Shown: positions 47,928 to 57,717 of the stretch, piece after piece
How the letters are laid out: each line of letters begins with the position of its first letter
Position numbering within the stretch: position 1 is the stretch's first letter
Assembly: GCF_001447785.1 (NCBI RefSeq)
Contig: NW_015163620.1
Span: 580,383-644,382, forward strand
DNA length: 64,000 nucleotides
Direction: 5' to 3'
Origin: Gekko japonicus
Lineage: Eukaryota
Translations under genes and position numbers: made by a program
The notes under the pieces: model-generated
Seen by the model: the letters and a program-made list of their open reading frames with translations, nothing else
What the model was told of the DNA's origin: nothing
Database searches by the model: none

Positions 47928-49962
47928 ATGAGAATCTGCTCAGTGAATATTAGAGGGGTGAACAACGTTATTAAAAGAAAACGGTTGATCCAACATCTAC
48001 GTAAAAAACCCCCAGATATCCTATTCTTACAGGAGACACATATTAAAACTCAGGACGAAGAGATATTAAAAACTGCACTATTTCCCACTCAGTTCCATGC
48101 ACACGGGACCTCAAAATCCAGGGGGGTGGCCATATTGGTGGCAAAGCACATTAATTTCGTATTGCAGGCCGTCATTAGGGACCCTCTGGGAAGATACATT
48201 TTTATCAAAGGCATACTAGATGGGAACCCGGTGACCCTAGCTTCAATCTATGCACCGAACAACTCGCAGATCCCGTTTATTGATGCAACGCTGGCGGAGT
48301 TGACCCGGTTCCAAGCTGGAGATTTAATTATAGGGGCTGACTTAAATTGTATAGTAGACTTCAAGATGGACAGAACTTGGAGGTCCAATTCCACGGGCTT
48401 TTCTGGGCTACCCGTTAATACGCAACTAAAGGCGCTTATAAGTAAATTTCATTTGCTGGACGCTTGGAGAACTTTACATCAGACTCAAAAAGACTTCACC
48501 TACTTCTCACCGAGACATAATACTTTCTCCAGGATAGACTTTATACTGGTTTCAGACACCTTATCCTCACAACTAACCTCCATGGAAATCGGATCAAAAC
48601 ACCTGACAGATCATGCATGGATGGAAGGAGTAATAGAGTTGGGAGCGGAGAAGATCAAAGAACGCACTTGGGCGCTTGACAGATCAATTTTATTGAATCA
48701 CACAGCCAGGGAAAGGGTCGCGGAAGATATCAGGAACTTTCTGAAGGAGAACGTCTCACCGGAGGTGTCACCGGCCTTGCTTTGGGACTCCATGAAGGCT
48801 GTAATAAGGGGATCCTTGATGGCTGTCACGTCTAAAATTCGAAAGGATAGGGAAAAGGAGAGGAAGGAAAGATTAGATCGTATTGCCGTGTTGGAAAGAG
48901 AACACTGGAACACCAGAAATCTTCTTAAGTTGTTCACTGACTTTTCAAGTCTCTACAAGAGACTCTAGAGATATCGCAGATACAGAAGAATCTGATTTAC
49001 TTGAAGCAAAAATACTGGCTAAAGTCACCCAAGCATTTGCAGGTGTTGGCATGGCGGGTTAAAAAGAAAGCAAAACAAAATTATGTGGCCTCACTGACAA
49101 ATGATACCGGGAAGAAACTTTATACAGCACAGGATATTGCCCGGACATTTGCGGAGTTTTATGCAAAATTATATAAAACGCGGAAGCCCGAGCAGGGAGA
49201 GATCGACAAATACTTGGACTCGATAGGGACGCTCCCACACCTCGCTCAACAACATGCAGATATAATGGAGAGACAGGTGACGCAAGAGGAACTGGACGCA
49301 ACGATAAAACATCTTAAGAACAATAAAGCCACTGGCCCAGATGGGTTTCCCTCGGAATTTTTTAAAACCTTCAAGGATCTGCTGTCAGGTCATTTGATAG
49401 ATGTCTGTAATGATATCTTGTTGAATGGAGTCGTGCCTGCATCATGGTATGAATCGACTATAACAGTAATACCGAAGGGAAACAAGGACCCATCTAGTCC
49501 TGCCTCTTATAGACCCATCGCTCTTCTCAACCATGATAACAAGATATTCACCACGATCCTGGCTAACAGATTGAAGACTTTTATTCCCTGCTACATCAAG
49601 CCTGACCAGACAGGTTTCATCCCGGGCCGACAAATTACGGACAATATTCGTAGATCCTTGGACATTATTATACACGGAAAGAAGGCCCAAGACGAGACAC
49701 TGATTCTAGCGCTGGATTTTGAAAAAGCGTTTGATTCTGTGGAAGTACCGTTTGTAGCATCTGTTTTTACCAGACTCGGCTTTGGCAGCAATTTTTTAAG
49801 AGCATTGAGGGTGATCAACGCAAAAAACACAGCCAGGATCAGAGTTAATGGAGTCAGATCTACCCCTTTCGACCTCACAAGGGGGACAAGACAGGGGTGT
49901 CCACTATCGCCCCTGATTTTTGCAATTGTGATAGAGCCGCTGGCAGAAGCCCTTCGCATATA
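47928..49962 (+). pseudogene. L1 ORF2p (APE endonuclease + reverse transcriptase) with one frameshift near 48920-48968
   Basis: SVNIRG, FLQETH, SIYAPN, GADLN, SRIDF, TDH (EN); GPDGF, YRPIALLN, DFEKAFDSV, GTRQGCPLSPL (RT). The reading frame shifts before ETLEISQIQKNL. Confidence 0.9.
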
Positions 49963-50191
49963 NNNNNNNNNNNNNNNNNNNNNNNNNNNNNNNNNNNNNN
50001 NNNNNNNNNNNNNNNNNNNNNNNNNNNNNNNNNNNNNNNNNNNNNNNNNNNNNNNNNNNNNNNNNNNNNNNNNNNNNNNNNNNNNNNNNNNNNNNNNNNN
50101 NNNNNNNNNNNNNNNNNNNNNNNNNNNNNNNNNNNNNNNNNNNNNNNNNNNNNNNNNNNNNNNNNNNNNNNNNNNNNNNNNNNNNNNNNNN

Positions 50192-51622
50192 TATCCTGTG
50201 GTTACAATAGCACTACAACAATAGAATAAACAATCACAACAAATACTTCTGATAGATTATATAATCAAAATATAACAGTAGAATTTGAACAAAAGTTATG
50301 GATCTTGTTCTGCCTGTAAAATGGCATGGAGCACAAACAACTTTCAAATTCTACTGTTATATTTTGATTATATAATCTATCAGAAGTATTTGTTGTGATA
50401 GTTTATTCTATTGTTGTTGTAGTGGGATATACTGTTATGACTTATTTCTGCAAGTAGAGGGCACATGCTCCCCCAACAGGTTTTTCTACAGACTCAGGGG
50501 ACTCCATGGGTTTGCAGAAAAATCCAAAAAATAAAATGAAACAAAAAACTCAGGGAGGGTTGAATCCCCCCCAATACCTTTTGAAATGGCTGCCACAAGG
50601 ATCTACTCCAGGCCCCGTCGCATTGACAGTGAGAGATAGACTGGCTGATAGCCAGAGAGACATAGACAGAGAGAGATGATGAGTGGGGGAAGAGGGCAGG
50701 AAGCAAAAGCAGAACTGGAGCTGGGATTGGGGAGGAAGAAGAGAGGTGGCGGGAAGAAGGAAAAGTGTGAGAGAAGTAGGGGAGAGGGGAAGAAGGAGAG
50801 GTGGGGGGAATGGGATAGCCGCTCCTGCGGGTCCCCACTTGTCCTGTCCAATTGCCCATGATCCTTGGAGCAGCAAGTGCCAACTGGTGGGCAAAAAAAT
50901 CGGTGTCGGTGATGTAGTGATGTCACTTTTGATTTCAGACCTGGAAGAGATGGTAGTGATGTTACAGTGTCGCCATCACCGGTTGAAGTCTCTGCCCCAT
51001 TTTGCTCCTGGAGATAGCTGGCAACTCTATTTCATGGCTGGTTAGAACTTTTGGAAACTATTTCCCTCCCCTCCATGCTTGCAAAGGGAATAAAAGTACT
51101 TTCAGGAATCTATCTATATCAATACCTTGCTTTTTAAAACTTTCTTTAACATCAGGTATTATATAATCTCCGATTTGGTGGACAGACTTTCTTTAGAGCA
51201 TTGTTATCAGTCCATAAACTTAAACTAGTTCAAGCTAAATATTTTATTTCATAGGTTTTTCTCTTTTTCTACATTCTTCTTGGAAACATTACACATTTCA
51301 CTGTGATGTTTTATAGTGGGTTCCGTGGATGAGCAGGCTCGAGTCTAGTGATCAGCTCAACTTTATTTGTGATTTCAGCAAGATCAAGACAAGACTCCAG
51401 AGCCTCAGCTCTGTTAAGTAGCATGCAATTGCCACACCCAAACACACCCTACTCCCAGTGATAGACTATTTACATAACATTACTACTAGACTGGTTACTT
51501 TCAGAATCCTGGTAGGCTATTGTTCTTGTGCTTCAAGCTCAGCCAGTCTCTGGGGTGATTTAATCAGGAATGATTCAATCTGAATACATAACAGGAACTA
51601 TTTCTTTAAGTCCCTTCTTGTT
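50192..51622. repeat. Second copy of 44102-45532 lacking the L1 (probable alternate haplotype)
   Basis: Offset 6090 nt; two SNPs seen (44661/50751 and 44858/50948); continues cttcttgtt|attgcact, i.e. the empty site. Confidence 0.9.
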
Positions 51623-52010
51623 ATTGCACTGGCTGATAGAAAGTGTTTTTGTGATTTGGTAGTTGAAATGTAATTCTTCTGGGAGATTGTTTAGAAAGCT
51701 TTTCCTCTGAATGCTTGAGGTGGGTCAGCAAAGCAGACTTAAGAGTCAGAAGAATAAGAATCATACAGTGCTTGTGTTCTCTTTATGAATAACATGGGCC
51801 ATTGCACACTGTATTTCATACACCACCATGCCAAAAACTGCTTCAGCTTCTCTGCATACAGTGCTGTAGTCTTGCATTGCTATTTTCTTTTATGATTTTA
51901 ACGATATTCTTTTTAAAAAAATTATGAATATTGGATCCAGTTTTTGAGATCATTGGTTTCATGCTGCTTGAAATACCTCACAGATAGGTTTATTAACTGA
52001 AGTCTAATTA

Positions 52011-52142
52011 GTCTATGCCCTGACCTGGATAGGCCAGGCTAGCCCCATCTCATCAGAACTTAAGACTAAATAGGATCAGCCCTAGTCAGTACTTGGATGA
52101 GAGACCACGAAGGAATACCAGGTCATTACACAATGGCAAATC
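52011..52142 (+). mobile_element. 5S rRNA-derived SINE remnant
   Basis: gccccatctcatcagaac...agtacttggatgagagacc...gaatacc; same family as 15280. Confidence 0.6.
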
Positions 52143-52996
52143 TTTTTCTTGATTACTCAGCAGTGGAGCTTTTAACACTTGAACTTTGAAAGACTAGGCC
52201 ATAGAAATCTTGGCTAGGATCAATAATCTGAAACCGTGAGTTGCCAAAGTGGTTCTGCTTAGTGGAGGGTTGCTGCTTTTTCTTTCCAGTTTAGCCGTTT
52301 GCAATGCATTCAGTCCCATTCTGCATAGTTCTCCAGACTTCGGGAGCAGATTGGTGGACAGGGAGTTTCAGACAGAAGAGTTTGTGACCCTTTAACACAT
52401 ATGTAAGTTTGCTCATAGCCTTTTGGATCCAAACCTTTTTAACCCAGCTCTTACCTGTTAGGTCTAATCTTTTGCTACACTGATCATCTTTCGTGGTTAC
52501 TGGACTAACCCAAATGAGGTATAATTTTCCTATTGTGAAATTTCCTCACAAGAAAATGGTTTGAACCGCCTAGCTCAAGTACCGCATTTCCCCCCTGTCA
52601 TTTGATCCATATGTTGAGCCTTCTCAGAAGAACTCTTCAGAGCTCCAAGCATCTCAAATACAACTTTTTGTGAGGAGCATGGGATCAGATGACATTAGTT
52701 TCTAATATCTGGATCTATGTTCAAGACTTCAGACATCCCAAAGCAAATTCTATCATTAGGTATCTACCTCCTGAATTTCCTGCTGCTCTTTGTCTCCAGC
52801 GTAGTCATTTGGACATGCACACAATGAACAATCCCCAGGATGGGCAAGGAGCTGTGGCAGAAGCTGCAGAAATAAAGAGGAGAGGGCAGATGCACAGAGG
52901 TGGCCTTCTTTCCTGACCTCACATATTTCCAGATGGAAAAAGAAACAAATTCAATGACTTTCTTGAAACCAACTTCAAGAACTCTATGTTGTCAAA

Positions 52997-54404
52997 GGCC
53001 GGAGTTCTTGTAAATTTTGTGGGCTGTATGGCCATAGTCTTGGCATTGTAGTACCTGATATTTTGCCAGCAGCTGTGACTGGCATCCTCAGAGGTATAAC
53101 ACAGAAAGATGGAGTACTCTCTGTATCAATGTGAGAAGAAAAATGGTCAGCAGGTAATTTATACCTACTCAGGATCGTGGGATATGAAAAAACACAACCT
53201 ACAAATGGTATTCAGACCCACCAGAAAAACACAACAGATGATACAATTGGCAAAATACAGAACAGACCCCCTCACTTCTGCAGGAATATACCACATACCC
53301 TGCAGTTGTGGACAGGTTTATTTATTTTATTGATTGATTTGATTTGTATCCCGCCCTACCCTGCAACCAGGCCCTGGGTGGCTCACAACACATAAATATA
53401 ACAATTTAAAAGATTAAAAATATAATATAATTAATAATAGGAGCAGAAGGTTCCCAGCATGTAGGAAATGCATTTATAGTCCTTCAGGTAGGTTGCCAGC
53501 TCTAGATTGACACATACCTAGAGATTTTGTGGGTGGATCCTTTTTTGAAGAGGTCTTTTCTTTCAGCTCATAATGTTGATGCACACATGGAGATATTGCC
53601 ATATGCCTCAACCTTAATTTATTGCTCCTTGGGGGTTGTAATATTCAGCCACCAGTCTTTCTAAAACAGCATACCTTGGAACAAGTGAGGGCTTTAAATC
53701 TGGCTTTGAGAATTGCATGCCTTCTCCAGGATGCTCTTCTTGACCATGAGAAGTCTGTACATTCTACTTTTGATCAACTGCAAAAGCAGCAGGCACCTGA
53801 GGTGCATCCCAAAGGAGCAAATCTCAGCAGTTCTAGGACCAGTTATGCAGGCTTTACATGGGCTGAATTGGAATTGCACTTGATTTCTCGGTTGGTTTAG
53901 AAACAAGTATGCTTCAAGCAAACAACACCCTTTGGAAAGGGTTTACATCGGGACCACACAGCGTAGCATCGAGACAAAAATAAAATAACATGAAAGACAC
54001 TGCAGACTGGGCCAACCTGAAAAATCAGCAGTGGTTGAACATAGCCTAACTCAAACAGGACACAGTATCTTATTCTAAGACACTGAAATGCTGGACAACA
54101 CATCCAATTACCATGCCAGATTACACAGGGAAGCCATTGAAATTCATAAACATAAACAAAATTTCAACAGGAAAGAAGAGAGTTTAAAAATAAATAGGGC
54201 ATGGTTTCCTGTCCTGAAAAACACAAAATGCTCTACATCTTACAACAGCCCTACAGAAAAGAATAGAATTTCAACAGCCAATCCATATACAAAAGAACCT
54301 CCTCAGGAAAGCTCTTCCATTAGCATGTCACAGCCTGGGAAACTCCTACAAAATGATGACTCAGCCCTACCCCACCATCCTGAGTAGTTATAAATTACCT
54401 GCCT
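52997..54404 (+). mobile_element. Penelope-like element 3' part (GIY-YIG) with inverted pseudo-LTR at its 5' side
   Basis: AGIYHIPCSCGQVY...IGTT.RS...HCRLGQPEKSAVVEH...REAIEIHKH; inverted pLTR at ~53010-53180; flanking degenerate repeat aacttc(a/t)agaactct(at)gttgt. Confidence 0.85.
53054..53094 (-). ncRNA. CpG-decayed PLE hammerhead motif
   Basis: CCU CUGAGGA U GCCAG...CUGGC AAAAU AUC AGG: stem II is perfect, while GAAAC GUC appears mutated at CpGs. Confidence 0.5.
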
Positions 54405-54498
54405 AACTTCTAGAACTCTGTTGTAAAAAAGTCATATATTACAGCATGCATTTACAGAGATACCACTAAGTTGTTTATGTTTCAGAAAATCATATGAA

Positions 54499-56161
54499 GG
54501 CTGAGGTTCCGGCCAGCTGCATCTCTTCTACGCTCCTGCTATTCCCATGGAAGATTAACAACTAGCTCTTAGATAACACATTCAACTTTGGAATAAACAT
54601 CAAAGCCAGGCATGGGAAGGACCAGAGTAAAGAAAGGTACAAAAAAATCCTCCTTACAGATCTCCTAAAAAGAGCAATATAGATGTAGAAAGCTCAGAAG
54701 ACTCAGACCTAGAGGCTTCACTGTTAGAGGAAATGGTGGCGGGAGTAACCCCAGTCAAAGTGACCAGAATGAGATATTGCTCACACTAGCAGAGATAAAG
54801 AATTAAATTAAGAGTGATTTACAGTCTCTGAGTGGAGAGGTTGGACAACTAAAAAAAGAACTCGGACTGCTTAAACAAACTATTGAACCAATAAATAAAA
54901 AGTTGGAAGAATTTACCACAGCATTGAAAACAACTGAGAAGAAAGCCGAATTAGCATACCAGATGGCAAAAAAGTCAGCAGATGATTTGAAAGACTTTAA
55001 GGACTTTGGGGCATGGGCCAAAAATAAGATTATACTTCAGGAGACAAAATTGAGAGAAAAGAAGACTAAACTTTGTGGAGTTTCTGCAAAGTTTGGAGAA
55101 ACAGAAAACCTCACTGCAGCTTTAAACAAATGGCTGAGTCAGATTCTTCATGCAGCAGGAAAAGCAGAGCCTTCCCAAGAGATAATTACAACTGCCTTCT
55201 GATTAAGTATATCTAAATAGGTTCCTAATAATGTTTTTCCAGACATGGTCCTCGAATTCAAACAGGTAAAGATGAAGAATAAACTTTTTAAAACCGTGAT
55301 GGACAAACAGGGATTGCTCCTTTAAGACACAATAGTGTTTCTGTTTCATGATATTCCAGCTGAAGTCATCAATGTGAGAAGATGTCTAAAAGAAACAGCG
55401 AAAGCCTTAAGAGGCAAAAGAATTCAATACAGTTGGTTACCCTTAGGACATTTAGTGGTCCATTTGGAGAATAAAACTTTTACTGCCTTTAATGAAGCTA
55501 CAGGCAAGAAATTATTGGTTGCAGTAACCAAACAAAGGGAAGCAAGTGTGTGAATGTGTGAACTGGGACATTATGCTTTGATGAAGAAAATGTACAGAGC
55601 AATTTATAGGAGAGATTGTAAGTGTAAGTTAGAACTAGTAGATATGATAAGTGGGAATTATAATAAAGAATAAGGGGAAATATTAATGGGAACTGAATTG
55701 TTAGAGCCAACGGCATAGCTAGGAGGTGAAAGGTGCCCCCCAAGTCTTCCGATAAGAGGGAGGAAGGTATCCTCCTGCTGTAGAGATTCCCTCTGCAGCC
55801 CCCAGCATCGGAGGTAACACTGTCCAACTTTCTGTTATAGGTATGGAAGAAGACAGATTAAGGGGAAAAAATAAGAGAGTAAAGAGGGAAGTCTCTAGAA
55901 GAAGTAAAGAAGAAGTTTTGAATTTTTTTAGGAAACAATGTAATAACGATCAGAATAGGTATTATAGGAAGTTGTATGGTGGCTTGGCAAACGGGTAAGG
56001 AAAGGGAATAAGATAAAGAGGACGGAGACTACTTATATGTTTGTAATTCTTAGATTGACTCCTAGAAGGAGGAGAATATATAAGAAATGAAGTGACTTTA
56101 AAATATATGTATAAATTATATGGGCATTTGTACACCCAATAAAATGTTAATAAAAAAGAAA
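54499..56161 (+). mobile_element. Complete ORF1-only (HAL1-like) non-autonomous L1 derivative
   Basis: 15-bp TSD agaaaatca(t/a)atgaa (54484-54498, 56162-56176); short 5'UTR; degenerate ORF1 from ATG 54612; ~600-nt 3' region; AATAAA and A-rich tail; no EN/RT motifs. Confidence 0.85.
54612..55553 (+). pseudogene. Degenerate L1 ORF1p
   Basis: Coiled-coil segment, then ETKLREKKTKLCGV and FLFHDIPAEVINVRRCLKETAKALRGKRIQYSWLPLGHLVV, homologous to ORF1 at 46298; several stops and frameshifts. Confidence 0.85.
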
Positions 56162-57310
56162 AGAAAATCAAATGAATATATCAAATAATACTATGACTTC
56201 AACATGTCAGACTAGCACTGCCAAAGATATATGACCACTGTTCTATTAGCCAAAAAGAGAATGCAGGAACAGATACAGATAGGAAACAGATATTACTGAA
56301 TAGGTACCCCTAAGGGTGTATGTGCTCTTAACAGTAACCAGGAGGAGATAATAATTTGTGGCCAATCAACACATGCAGGGATTAGGTGGAATCATGCTTA
56401 TTGTCCATGCACTTCCAACACACTGACGGAGTCTTTTGTTCAAAACTTTATGTGCCTTCAAGCTGAATTTCTAGTACATCTCCTTAGGTTCCCATAAAAG
56501 AGATTCTAACTCATAGTGTCTGTTCTGTTTGGCAGCCTCACTGCCAGATATATCGATAATACAACCTTCCTACAAGGTGAGACAGATTAGGCAAAGACAC
56601 GCAGCTTGCTCAAATCCACTTTGTGGACTTCATTGCTAAGCAGGGATTTGAATATAAGTGGAACACTGTATCAATCATGTGATACTGTCTTAGGTTTTCC
56701 AGACCCTTGGTCAGGGCAGGGGTTCCCCTGATTTTCAGGGCTTTAGCCCACCGCTGGCCAGTTGGCTGGGAGGGAAAGCCCCGCACCCAAGCCCTGTCCC
56801 CAAGCCCAGCCACCCATTGCCACCCCTCTCCCTTCTCTTTTGAGAGATTTAAAGGGCCCTCGAGCTGATTGAGAGAGCACATGCAGAGGGGAGGAAGAGG
56901 GGCAGCCATGAGCCACACACCACAACACAAAGCAGCGATTTGCTCCTTGGATTTCTGGTGAATTGGGCCCTGCTGGTCGGCAAGGACCAGGCCTTGTGTG
57001 CCTGAATTCCAAGTGGCATCACCACTTGGAGTTAAGGTGCACAGTCAGTGGTCACCCCTCTCCCTCCCCTACTGCAAGATTTAAAGGCCCCCCACCTGAT
57101 CGTTGGGTCCTTTAAATCTTGCAGGAAGGGAGGGAGAGGGGTGGCCATGGGTGATCATTCTTAAGGGCGGGGCTTGGGGTGGGGACATCCCCAATGTGGT
57201 ATCATTGCATGGGGGACACCCTGCCCCCTCGGGGAATGCCCCCAAAGTCCCCCTTTGTCTCTTTCATTTGACTGTCCTATGCATTATTCCAATCTAATAT
57301 TAAAAACACC

Positions 57311-57717
57311 CAGGGCTATTTTTGGGCAGGAACGCACAGGAGAATGCACAGGAATGGAATTCTGGCTGGCTCCCAAGTTGGCCACACCCAGCAGGAACTC
57401 ATTAGCATAATAGGCCACACCCAACAGCAGAAACTCATTAGGATTGGCTACATTAGGGGTGTGTGGCCTAACATGCAACGGAGTTCCTGCTACAAAAAAG
57501 GCCCTGGGTTTTGACAACAAACAAGGTAAACAGAATAACAAGCAAAAGGTGGGTGTGGCTGGATAACCACACTTCTGGTAACATGGGGGTGTGGCCTAAT
57601 ACGCTAATGAGCTGTGCTGTCAGGGGTGTGGCCTAATATGCTAATGAGTTTCTGCTGTTGGGTGTGGCCTATTATGCTAATGATTTCCTGCTGGGCTTTT
57701 TCTACAAAAAGAGCCCA
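57311..57717. mobile_element. CAGGGCT-family MITE (57311-57506) plus an adjacent partial copy
   Basis: TIR cagggctattttt / aaaaaaggccctg; repeated unit gggtgtggcctaatatgctaatgag. Confidence 0.7.

Larger units (their letters stand above)
46186..49962 (+). mobile_element. Young L1 retrotransposon, 5'-complete; 3' part lost in the gap
   Basis: CpG-rich ~110-nt 5'UTR, intact ORF1, ~600-nt inter-ORF spacer and ORF2 EN+RT. It follows ttt|aagtcccttcttgtt, an L1-type nick site plus predicted TSD. Confidence 0.95.

Noticed and set aside
52455-52864. Minus-strand exon with good acceptor and donor
   Set aside because: The frames I translated contain stops and no recognisable protein; at most a non-coding exon.
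57580-57690. CRISPR-like regularly spaced repeats
   Set aside because: Eukaryotic context, related short spacers and no cas genes; these are MITE subterminal repeats.
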